Under the pieces are notes generated by a model that was not told where the DNA came from, ran no database searches, and saw nothing but the letters and a program-made list of their open reading frames with translations. The position numbers and the translations under genes were made by a program. A DNA stretch of 63,921 nt, filler included, from Phoronis australis (lineage: Eukaryota > Animalia > Phoronida): assembly GCA_002633005.1 (NCBI GenBank). It is 6 parts of 6 records of this genome, joined end to end, with 100 filler letters (N's around TTAATTAATTAA, not from the genome) between each part and the next. Parts side by side here need not be neighbours in the genome. Positions count along the whole stretch, not along the records: positions 17,512 to 43,463 come from NMRA01000541.1; positions 43,564 to 48,232 come from NMRA01002522.1; 4 more parts are not named here. One strand, 5' to 3'. Positions within the stretch are counted from its first letter, which is position 1; every line of letters begins with the position of its first letter. Below, in pieces: positions 36,275 through 48,332 of this stretch.

Positions 36275-39200
36275 GACAGGAAGGATAGAATGCACGAAGA
36301 AACATCAATAAAATATGAAAAACCTGGTGTAACACAGTTTATACAATTTTCTTTTCAGAATGACATAAGGTCAATAGCCCACGGGTTACTGCAGTATTGA
36401 TTCTACTCTTTGTGCAACAGTCCAACTTGTTGACCACTATGCATCCTACAAAATAAAAACAGATGTAGCTTTATTTAAAAAAAAATTAAAAATTGTTTGG
36501 CATCAGTTATCCATACACCTAAAACACAATTTTACTAACATTAAAGGATTTCGATGCTGTTTAGCTGAGGATACCGAATTATTAACTGAAGTGGTTTGGG
36601 TGTAAAAACATTATCATACGTATCCGATCACAAACTGAAGTGGCATGAAGTGACATGAAGAGGCAAGCCAACTCAGAGACGATGTATATGTGGTCTTCTT
36701 TTGAATTTGCAACATTACTTCAACTGGGGATTGGCTAACCTTTCTAGAGATGTTAGTGGCTGCAATGTCCTCATTAGTAACGTAAATCAAGCCGTATGAC
36801 GAAAAGAAAAAACATGAGACCGACTTTATTAGCTTAAGTGACTTAATTGTAATAATTTGTTTTCAGCAGCTACACTGTAAATAACGAAATACAGATATCA
36901 AAAACATAAACATGCTATCCTAAATCAAATGAAATGCAGGTCATTGAACAGACCTTACTGGTGTTTTTATTGGTCCTAACCTTCGAAGTTTGGAGATACT
37001 TTGATAACTCCATTCAAAGTTTGCCAATGATTGCTTCTGCTTCAATTTATGCTTAAACAGTTTGTTCCTGTACCTCGATAAGCCAAGGCATACATGAGCA
37101 ACTTAAAAAGCCGATATGTTTACCAATTCCGTATCCAACTGTGACGCGTTAAATTCTGTTTTTTGTGTGGCATCAGGTCACAGAAAGGTCACCATCTTTC
37201 TTGCCTTGTTTAAGAGCTCCATCAACTGGTCACAGTGCATTATTACACTCCCTTTCACAAACCAAGCATCTAAAATGAAAGGTGCAGCCTTGAGCATAAA
37301 TGTTTTGCATGAAATACCATATTGCTGCACCATTAGGCCCATATTACCACACCATTAGGCCCATGGGCTTCTGGGCCAAGCTTTGCTTGTTCACTACTTG
37401 TATACTTTAGTGGCACTGCCAGAAAAGATTGTTCTGCATTGCTGTTTAGGACACAATACCTCGTTTTAACATCAGTTTAAACAACGCAAACATGGAAAGC
37501 CCACGTGTTCCAAACAAGCAGACTAATTGTATTTTGGATACAAGAACTTTGGAGGACACGGAGGCAGGTGGCAAAGGACATGAAAACAACAGAAAGGCTA
37601 CTCGAGGACGCATTACCAGCCAAATCCATCTCAATGTTTGCATAAAACTGAAGCAAAATGTCAAAGTCTGTCTCAGTAGATACAATTTGTAATACCTTTA
37701 GGAGTGTTCAAGAGTCCAAATGTTTTGAGAAATCAACAATGAATAACTCATACAGCAGTACCGGCAATAAAACTAATTGACTGCAGTGTGAGCACATGCT
37801 GATTCAGTGTTTGCTGACAGAAAGCTGTTGCGAAAGTATAACTCAATTTTATATGCTATGGTCAGATGTTAGGAGAATCTTAAATAATTGTTATTGTACA
37901 CCTTTTTTCCCTGTACAGCTCTGTGGAAGGGGATCCTGACTTCAAAGCTCCCGACGGGTAAGTAGACTTACAATTTCACAGCGAAATAACCAAAATATTC
38001 ACATGCACGTTATTTCTTTGGTTCACAAGTCTAGTCTTTTCGTGACTAGAAATTTAGTTTTCAACTTTTGCAGAAGACTAACCCTGCTGGTTTATGTTGC
38101 CACGACGGGCAGGGTTGAATTCTGAGTTTAAAATTTCAACACACAGCTACATGTACGCTCTCCTGTCTGTATTTTATGGAAGAATAATTCTAATTTATCA
38201 CTGAACAGACTCCAAACTTTCCGTGATGGACCTCGGTGAGTTGGCCATCCGAAATTTGTAGGCTGCAGTATGTTCAAAATCTCTATAACAGCAAAATAAA
38301 ACAACTCATTTGTTGAAAAACTCAATGCATTTCTAAACGTTTTATATCAAATTTTGGTGATTTGTCAGACGGGTGTAAAGCGATGAATTTAGCATCTTGT
38401 GAACCGCTGCTGAGCAGACTTGTTAGAACCTGTGACATCATTGGTTAATTTCAGCACCTCCGTCTGCCGTCTGGTTTCAGGTAAAAGAACTGAACATGCT
38501 GTTATCGAGTGGAACAACTCGATCTAAATTGATACAAAATAGGTTGTTTTTTGGTGGAATTATCCTTTAAGTGTCATCATAAGAGTAGCTAAAGTGGCAG
38601 GTAGAGAGGCCAAAAAACTAAAAAACAGTACTTCTACACTACTTAAATTAATTAGATAATAAGGCTACTTACTGTCATCATCAAAATCTCTATTCTTGTC
38701 TCATTTCTTGCTCATGTTGACTAATCAGCTAGCTTGATGAGCTGGCACTTATTCGAAAATATGATATTTGTTTTGTACTTCTCGTAGTCAAAGGCTGCTT
38801 TGAGTACTAACATTGTTTTTTGCTGTTGTTTTTATAGTATGCAGAAGAATGGCCCACAATCATTTTTGAAAAAAATATAAGATATAATACATGTACCTAT
38901 CCATAAAAATACAAATCAGAAAACTGTAAAAAGTGTTTTTATACATTGAATCTATAGAAAATGAAATGTAGTTTCTAAAATGGCCAAGGTTATAGCAAAA
39001 TGAGAGCATAACAGAAAATATAATGTGGATACAAAGCAAACAATTCCACTGGAGCCAACTGAGACGATGGTACTGTCTAGTGTTGTGTGCTATACGGCCT
39101 GGACAAAAATCTACTGAACCTCGTGAAGAAAAAATGGCACTGATCATATATGGTGATCACTTGCCTGTTTTATCGGGGTCACTGATTCGATTCTCGGTTA

Positions 39201-40413
39201 TACTTCCACATGTGACATAAAGTCGCATAAAAAGATAAAGCCTCTGTAAAGCGCAAGTCTTAGTGGCAAGTGCCTCTTGCTTCAATGGTTTCCGGGATGC
39301 TCGGCTAGCCTAATTGGCAACCTTGCTTCAAGTTTCGGTCGCAGTAAAATTTTCTACGATCTACACACTCCAAAACTCAAAGTGACATGGACACTATGCC
39401 TGGCTAAAGTCTACACACTGGAGGCGGTACGCATTTTGAACTTCCCTTGATTACGCATTTCTAATTCAAAGATTTCCAATAAGCCCTTATAAGGACAGCC
39501 ATTATACTACTACTAGGCAACATCTATTCCCTCAGTTGGCCACACAGGCACCTTTAACTAGACCTCGACAATATATACTGTCGGAGGTCTTAAAGTCGTA
39601 AGTGCCCTAAAGTCGTGAACGATCTTATTTCCGCTTGCAGTGTCCCGCGACGTCTAGCATTGAAGCTTCCAGCGTTCGTCTGCTTACGAACGTCAAACAA
39701 ATACCCGGAAGTGTTGATATTCACAATATGAAAATGAAAAGTGAGTGGGTGGCTTCTTTTTACAAATGTATCTTAAAACAGCATATTTCACTAATCCACT
39801 TTTTTTGTAATTTTGCAGAATATATTTTCGAAACAAAATGTTGTTCAGATTTGCTGTAACAAGAGCTCCAGGGGTGGCTTGAACAATGTATCAAAATGTC
39901 CCAGGGTTAATCAAGTTTTGTAAGGCAAAAGCAATAAAATACAGAGAGATAACTGATGCTGGGTTCTTAGCATTTTACGTAAACAACCTCATTGAAAACA
40001 TCTGTGCACATCGAAGTTGGGTGCAAAAAACAGAAAAAAATATTTCAATTGAACCTGAATTAATAAAAAACGCATTGCGTTTTTATGTCGTCTAGAGTAA
40101 CTGTAAGCACTGTGGTTGATTTGTGTGGTCTTACTTCATGCAATTCCGTTCAAACGAAACGATCACGACGTTTGTTTAGGCCCTCATTCAAAATGACCGG
40201 TGATATCAGCGACCGTTTCAAAACTCTACTTACGGAGACAAACAAAGGTTAAGATTGGCAAAACACATACATTTGGGAAGACTGATATATGTACACGACA
40301 TCGCATGAACAGTTGCTAACAGACATTGGATAGTATGACAATCAGCGGCTTTTTATGCTCATTTTATATTCACAACTTTAGCCAGTAGTCACCGGAGTCT
40401 ACTATATCTTTAA

Positions 40414-41713
40414 AGGCGAAGACAACCTTTTTTCATGCAATTTTTAGCAAAAATAAGGTTTGTTGATTATCCCAGACATATTTTTCACTTATTTACTGCT
40501 TTTCGTAATTTAATTAATTACTCGTCATCTACTCCGGAAGTGACGTTTTGGGAGGCAAGAATTTCGCGCCAATTTCTTTTCATATAGTCTGACTGTGAGA
40601 GCAGTCGAGTCAGTCATTGTTCTACCTCGGTTGTGATATGTTCGGTCGTTGTTTGCTTTTGCTTACGAGTTAGTCAACATGTCATGCTGTTGCTGCACAC
40701 TGGGGTGTACTCATTATCGTCTCACATACAGAGGAAGAACTGTCCCACTTGCCCGAGTGTCCGCGACACACTCCCACTGAAGGGTGATCTGAGCACCCAA
40801 ACTGCCTACATCCCGTCGTGTGACTCCTTCGCCACACACCTGGCACCTTCCAAATAGCTCCACTACAAGTCCACAATAAACTTAACCTCACCGATCTGTT
40901 CATTGGATGACGAATTCACGGTCCTCTTCACTGGGTGTCGAACTGGGCCTGTATTCACTCCCACTACTCAACATCGCTGCAGGGCTGCTTACAAGCTCTG
41001 GGCTAGAGACAATAAGCACAGGGCGAATCACTGCTAGTTCGGAGGAACAGGTGACAGTAGATGAAATGTTTCCAGTCATTGTATATAGTGGCTACAGCTC
41101 GCGAGGCTTCTCGCTTCAAAAACGCACTTCTCGGGGTTGGCGACGGGGCACTGCCTGGAATCAACAGCGACGGTATGGTACCCTTCTTCAGGCGTTGTTT
41201 CGCAGGGACCTTCATCAATTCAGCGTACATATCTGTCATAATCTGATGGCAGAAAATGTTTGCCACACACTTGGTAACCCTCCACTGCTTTGTACGTTGC
41301 GTGGACGGGTAGCGTTGCGTTCTTCACATGAACGAGCTAGCCAAGTACGGCGAAGTGTATCATCCTTCGGAAAGCGACGCAAGGTACCCAAAGCGCGGTG
41401 AGACGATAATGAGTACATCCCGGCACGCAGCAACAGCTTGGCATGTTGACTGACTTGTAAACAAAAGCAAACGATGACCGAACTTATCACAACCGAGGTG
41501 GAACAATGAATGACTCGACAGCTCTCACAGTCAGACTATAATGAAAAGAAATTGGCGCGAAACTCTTGCCTCACAAAACGTCACTTCCGGAGTAGAGGAC
41601 AAGAAATTGATCTAATAACGAAAAGCTGTAATTAAGTGAAAACTGTGTCTGGGATAATCAACGAACCTTATTTTTGATAAAAGTGACATGAAAAAGGTTA
41701 CTTTCGCCGGCCT
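40414..41713 (-). mobile_element. Non-autonomous Kolobok-like DNA element with ~320-bp TIRs, TTAA TSD and decayed THAP ORF (copy 2)
   Basis: TTAA|AGGCGAA at 40410-40420 and TTCGCC(ggc)CT|TTAA ending at 41717. TIRs 40414-40725 and 41398-41713. Minus-strand MPSCCCVPGC..RFPKDDTLRRTWL..VCGKHF..RLKKGTIPSL (frameshifted) is a THAP domain. TTAA TSD, RR termini and THAP together fit Kolobok. Confidence 0.85.
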
Positions 41714-42699
41714 TTAAGACTTTATTTAGTGTATAGTTGAGTGCTGATTAAAGGTGCCTGTGGTTGGCCGTATGCCTGCGGAATTCAGGGCGATGTAATT
41801 TCCTACCATCATACGTACCCAACCAGTCGGGACCTGTATTTTTCACCGTTACCTCCAACAAGAATAAGATTGTAAACTTCAGTTTCTAACTTTCCTGTGC
41901 ATTTGTTTATAGTGAAACTAAAAATAATACACACGACATAATTTTACGATGTAAGCAGAATTTTTAACCCCACTTTTGATAACAGTCAAAAAACGAATTC
42001 AGTCTTTCTCTCAAGTGTATATAAATTTATAGTGAAACACCAATGTTCTAGGAAGGACAAGAGTGAAAGCTGATTTGATTGTAAGCGTGTCGCCAAATAA
42101 TAATAAAAGGTTTTCTAACGCTGCATAAAATTTCTGAACACAAGACGGCGCTTTACAACAACTGTCCAATCACAATTGCCACCTTATAATTGTGCGAAAT
42201 TTTGAATCTAATAGGTTTCAGAATTTCGCTGAACTTATTTTAGGGCCTTCTTTTTGAAATTCAAAACAAAATGGACACAAAAATGTCAAAATACGGTGAG
42301 TACCTATTTTGAGCACAGGTTATTGGCCGCTGGTGCTGATTTGGGACCTCAAGTCTAGATTAGTAGTGAGTAGTAGGCTAGTGCAATCTAACTTTAGTGT
42401 TCAACTGTGCAGATGACAAGTCAGACTGAGAGTGAGAATGACAATTATTAGGAATAGGGTAGGCATAGACTATAGACGGATTGTACAGTAAACCCTTGGC
42501 ATCCAACTTCTGTGGGAAGACAGAAGCTTTTCCAGCCATTCGCTGCACATTCCTGCGATAGATCTTTGTACTTGAGTAGTTTTCTCTCATGCCGTGAACC
42601 TCCTCAGGGCTCGACGCTATTCAAATCGCCAGGTCGCATTTTGCGACCTAGCCAAAATCCCAGGTCGCATTTTCAAAATAAAATCATCTGAAAATCATT

Positions 42700-43463
42700 G
42701 TAAGCTGTCTTCTTTACAGTAAGTACATACACGCCAATTTTCACAATCATCCTTTGAGCGGTTTGGTTGATAGAGGTGTGGACGCACAAAAACAGACTCG
42801 AAACAGTAAAAATGGCCACTAGGTGGCGCAAACTATGTCGAATCCATCTGAAAACAGGAGGATAGCGTCATCTCACTAATAGGTGCCTACATACCAAATT
42901 TCATGAAAATCCTTTCAGGACTTTTGAAGATACACAGGTAAGCGTAAAAAACTAAAATTGCCACTAGGGGACACACCGGTAGTCAGATCCGTCCGAAAGT
43001 CATCAGGTTCCGTTGTGTAACATCATATTAATAAACTTACACAATTCTGTAAAGATCCTGCGAACGGTTTAGGAGATACAGCCATAGGCGAGAAAAAAAA
43101 CAAAATTGCCACTAGGAGGCGCCACAGTAGTCGAAATCATCGGAAAATCATCGTCAACCATCCTTTACATAGTAAGCATATACATGCCAATTTTCACAAT
43201 CATCCTTTGAGCGGTTTGGTTGATAGAGGGGTGGACGCACAAAAACAGACTCGAAAAAACTAGAAATGGCCACTAGGTGGCGTAAACTATGTCGAATCCA
43301 TCTGAAAACGGAAGGATAGCATCATCTCAGTAATAGGTGCCTACATACCAAACTTCATGAAAATCCGTTGAAGATACAAAGGTTAGCGTAAAAAACTAAA
43401 ATTGCCACTATGGGGCACACCGGTAGTCGGATCCGTGCGAAAGTTCGCACATGCCGTCCCATT
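42700..43463 (+). mobile_element. Helentron-associated (HINE/DINE-1-like) tandem array, copy 1, cut by contig end
   Basis: ~150-bp diverged monomers arranged as a 3-mer higher-order unit of ~454 bp (42733 repeats at 43186). Each monomer contains gccacta(g/t)g(t/g/a)gg-like sequence. Confidence 0.75.
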
Positions 43464-43563
43464 NNNNNNNNNNNNNNNNNNNNNNNNNNNNNNNNNNNNN
43501 NNNNNNNTTAATTAATTAANNNNNNNNNNNNNNNNNNNNNNNNNNNNNNNNNNNNNNNNNNNN
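43464..43563. other. Artificial contig-joining linker
   Basis: N44-TTAATTAATTAA-N44. Confidence 0.97.
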
Positions 43564-45289
43564 ATTTTTCAGCAGTAAAATTGGTGCCTCTTAAAGCACC
43601 GACCACTCTTAGCCAAGTAGGATTACTAGTCGGCAAGTCTGCTATAAAAAGTCCGTATTTTTGAGAACCAGCTTGATGCCCGTTATTTAATGCAGAAAAC
43701 TAGTTCTCAAAATCCGGGCACGTTGTACCAAATCATTACCGGTACCTTACTAGTGGCTGATTTGGCGCAGAGTACTCTGGCTGGCCACGCCAATGATGTG
43801 GAGCAATGCAGGTGTCTGATCTGGGAATTTCAGCTACTGAAGCGTTACGTGGTACTTGTCTAATTATTATGTCTCTTGCTAAAGCTTCACCGATCCTTGT
43901 GAGTGTTGAAAATAGAGTGCTTGGACAAGTCTAAACTGGTTTGAATTAAAGCTAAGTTATTTTGTGAGAAATTATTTTAACAATTGTGCAATGTGATTCA
44001 CTGTATTTACTTGTGAATCAATGTTAATTATATTGTTGATATTACAATGAAGAATTGAGTTGTGGTATTTTCTTTAGTTTACATTTCATAAGCGGAGGTA
44101 GAGGTTCTGTACGTCCCCTCCCCCAAGACCAATTAGAAGTTTCACCAATTCTGCAATACACACCAAAACTAATCAGAGACCTAGAATTCACCCTCATGAC
44201 GGCTCATCGCAAACACAATTCCCAGTCACAACAGAATTTTCCTGTCACAACAGCCGAGTGCAAGTGGAATTAAGAGAAGCTACAATGGCCCTGTCATGAC
44301 TGAAACAAAATTTTGTCCCGATTAATTTTGACGTGTACTGTAATGCGCATGTTTGAAGATAAACTTCAGCATAAAGTAAGTCCCACTTATTGGTTCTCAA
44401 AATTGTGCAAAAAGAAAGTGAAACTCGTGAGAACTGAGTGACTTTTTGATTAGTAAAGTCTGTCGAAGTGCAAAATAACTTTGGCATACACATTGCCCAA
44501 GGTATTACTGACCAGCGATTTGATCTCTGTATATGTAAATGAGCAAAAAAATCCAAACAATTTAAAAATGTTGGTCAAAAATGGTATTTCCTGTTTTGCA
44601 ACCATTATCTAAAATATTCTTAATTTGGTGCTTTGAGTATCAGGCTCAGCAAAACCATATAATGGATTATTTTTTATTATTTTCAGTCATAAGTAAAATG
44701 TTCGTATACAGTAGAAAACAAGGACATGTAGTACTAAACAGACATTACCCTTAACCTAACCATTACCATTACAAAGACTACAACAGAGTGACATTTATCA
44801 GACAGTATACAAAAATGCTAATGCTTAAACCGTTTAACATTCTAATACAGTTACAAACTCCAAGCAAAATACAAGACAACAAAAATACTACTTTGACATT
44901 AAATTTTTAGGTGAAGTTTATAAAAATTTCACCAGCAATGAGCAAGGCACAAAAACTTTCAGTGTCCAATAACCGAGTGGGTGAAGTCTCCTTCCAAAGG
45001 TTTATAGCAGATACGGGCAAACAAACGAAGATAAAAGAAACCTTGCTGGCAATATTCACAATCACCTTTTACTATTATTCACTTTGAGTGGATTTCCAAC
45101 AGGTAATTACACTATTTATTGTTTAAAAGTCCTTTTCCGGCATGCAGTGGCCCTACACAGGACTTGTACTCCTACTCCTGGACCTGCAAAACGGGACAAA
45201 ATGGCAGCATTAGAGACAAGAGCAATGCAGAGCATTGAAATGCGCCCACGAATGCATCGCAAATGGTGTGCTTTTAGGGTTGCTTATTT

Positions 45290-46091
45290 GTGTCATAAAG
45301 ATGGCTACTAGATGGCGCAAAAACATACAATGCATCCGAAAATGGGAACATGTCATTGCTTCTTTAAAAGAAAGCGATACACCAAATTTCATAGAAATCC
45401 CATCACGAAACTTCAGAGAAACAAAGGAAAACAGAATAAAATGAAATTGCCACTAGGGGGCACAGTCTTCATTGGATCCGCCTGAAAGTCGTCATTGTCC
45501 GATTTTAGCTTCATATAAATACACTTACTAAATTTAATAAAGATCCTGCAGTGGGTTTAGGAGATACAGCCATGGGGGCAAAAAAGAAACTGCCACTAGG
45601 AGGCGCCACAGTAGTCGAAGTCGTCAGAAAATCATCCTCAACCGTCCTCTTCATAGTAAGAACATATACGCCAATTTCATGCTTAAAGCGGTGTGGTTGA
45701 TAGAGGGGTGGACGTCAAAAAACCGACTCAAAAACAGTAAAATTGGCCATTAGGTGGTGCAAACTACGTCGAATCCATCCGAAAACAAGAGGATATCGTC
45801 GTCTCACTAATAGATGCCTATATACCAAATTTTATGAAAATACGTTGCAGACCTTTGAAGATACGGAGGTAAACGTAAAAAACTAAAATTGCCACTAGGG
45901 GCACACCTGTAATTGGATCCGTCCGAAAGCTCGCTCCTGCCGTCCCATCCATGAAAGAAACACATGTCAAAAATTTCATGAACATACGTCAATTGGTTTT
46001 GGAGATAGAGCAGCGGATGTCAGACGAACGCCGCCCAGACGGACGCAGATGACGGGATAATATGTCCACATATAAATATGTGGGTGCATAA
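45290..46091 (+). mobile_element. Helentron-associated (HINE/DINE-1-like) element with tandem array and intact 3' end, copy 2
   Basis: Same monomers as 42700-43463, then a degenerate (GACG/GACA)n tract (46020-46055) and a terminal hairpin ccacatataaatatgtgg followed by gcataa, the typical HINE 3' structure. Confidence 0.78.
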
Positions 46092-46630
46092 CCAGGCAAG
46101 TCACAGTCTTATCTTGGATATTTATTACGGTACAGTGATCGACAAAGAGCATTAAGAGGTGGAAATTCGTGTGATTTTGTCTGCAGCGCTGTTGTCATTT
46201 TCCAAAGCAGTGTGGAGTGATTGTTGACTAAAACAACATCCAGTGCCATCACTCATGGACGGCTAACCAGGTCGTGAGACCGGACCTCAACCTGATCAAA
46301 TGGTGCATGCCTCATTTGTGTAAAAGACTCGACAGTCAAAGTATTTATTCATTGCATTTTGGGGCTGACTTTCGATCTTGTACTTTTCTACAATTGTTGC
46401 TGTGACATACTCGCAACATGTTTCAGTGGATCCATGATTTCAATTATCGAGGAATATAGGTGACGAGTGTTGTTTTCCACCAAGTTTAAGATGTCAAGGG
46501 ATGTTTATCAGCAAACAACTATCCCACAATGCATTGGAAAACCATCAGGAGCACCGTAGACGAAATCCACCGAGATGTAGTTATAATACACTGGCAGATG
46601 CAGAGTTAATGAGCACCAGTAACCTCTTAA

Positions 46631-48174
46631 CCCTTATCCTGCGCTAAGCGAGGTCAGCCGACAAGCCAATTATCCTATAAAAGTGCGTAGGGTGTACTCA
46701 ATCGCCTATGATAAGCTATGGCTAGACTGCGCAAGGAGGGTGTACTCACCCCAGGACACTGGTGTTTTTCATTCAGNTCCATCAAAAAAGCAACTTCTGA
46801 TTTAGACCTGTTACTGCTATGAAATTGCACTTGATTTCATATTCAAGTTATAAAGAGATTTCTAAAGGCTTCGATTCATCACAGCATGTCATTTTAAGCG
46901 CTGGGTACGGTCTATAGACATCACATTAACCCTTATCCTGCGCTAGGCGAGGTCAGCCGACAAGCCTATTATCCTATTAAAATGCGTCGGGTGTACTCAA
47001 TCGCCTAAAATAAGCTACAGCTAGGCTGCGCAAGGAGAGTATACTCACCCCAGGACACTGGTGTTTTTCATTCAGAAATTGTGAAAGCCCCGTATGCTGT
47101 TTATATATGTGAGCATGCGCATTCCACAGTTCATAGTTTCCTGTACACTTTTCTGATTTACAAAATATGGCTGTGATTATCTGTTTCCGAGATATTTGAA
47201 AGTTTACGCAAGTTTTATCTTGGCTGGTGCCAAACGTGGTAAGGTGACTGCTGACTAATGTTCTTGAGGAAGTGTTCATGGACTCAGATAGTGAAAACGA
47301 GCTGGAATTGGCACTCAAAAGTGACGGAGACATTGACGGGAAAACTAACACAACAGTCACAAGTAATGCAGATTCTATAGTTTCGGATCTCAGTGCAATT
47401 TTTGGATGATTTACNTGGGAAACTAATACAACAGTCACAAGTAATGCAGATTCTATCGATTCGGATCTCAGAGCAATTTTGGAGGAGTTACCAGTCCCTG
47501 AAGCTGAACTTGGACAGGTCTACAACGATGATGGGCTCACGCCCTTCGCGCATAATACAGAGCCTCTGAAACATGATGGAACTCATTCAGAACTAGATAT
47601 TTTTGTGACTTTTTCACAGAATAGCTTTGTGTCCCCACCCGTGTTTCAAGTTTTTGCACACCAAGGTGAACTTCAAAACAGACTTTAGCAAGCGACTGCA
47701 ATAGTCATAAATTTGTTATCGTGCAAAGTTGAGGTAGGCCCTATGTTATATACTGTACATTCTTGTTTGTAGATGTGATGTTACAGACAATAAATCTGCT
47801 TTATTAAACATGCAAGTCCCATGAATTCCCTTTTTAAAATGCTTATTACGGTTTTTGAGTGTCAGCTATAATGTTCTCATGAGCGAAAACAGATAAAAAC
47901 AAAGGGTGTCCAGTTTGAAAGTTAATAGAATTATTCATAGCAAGGCTATGGTAAAGATATGTATATGGTGAAAATCTAAATTAAATTCTGAACAACTTTT
48001 GTGTAGACTACTTTTATGTGAAGTTGACATTACCCCTTCAAATTTCCAATGTAAAAATGTTAGGTCATTAATCTGAGTGACCTTTGTAACAGCCCAGTGC
48101 ATAGCAGCAGTGGTGACCTACCCAGCTCAGCACACAGGGAAAGTTGTCTGAATAGAGGCTTAGCAGGATAAGGG
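46631..48174 (+). mobile_element. Non-autonomous piggyBac-like element with duplicated left end
   Basis: TTAA|CCCTTATCCTGCGCTA at 46627 and again at 46926; right end TAGCAGGATAAGGG|TTAA at 48161-48178. An internal acidic remnant 'LEEVFMDSDSENELE' resembles piggyBac transposase N-termini. No catalytic core. Confidence 0.85.
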
Positions 48175-48232
48175 TTAAAAATGTACACGATAAGGATAAA
48201 AGTGGATTTCAGGTCCCAGCACAATCAGCCAT

Positions 48233-48332
48233 NNNNNNNNNNNNNNNNNNNNNNNNNNNNNNNNNNNNNNNNNNNNTTAATTAATTAANNNNNNNNNNNN
48301 NNNNNNNNNNNNNNNNNNNNNNNNNNNNNNNN
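48233..48332. other. Artificial contig-joining linker
   Basis: N44-TTAATTAATTAA-N44. Confidence 0.97.

Noticed and set aside
39700-39715. CCGGAAGT ETS site as the BIVM promoter
   Set aside because: It lies inside an inverted-repeat element and no first exon could be tied to it.
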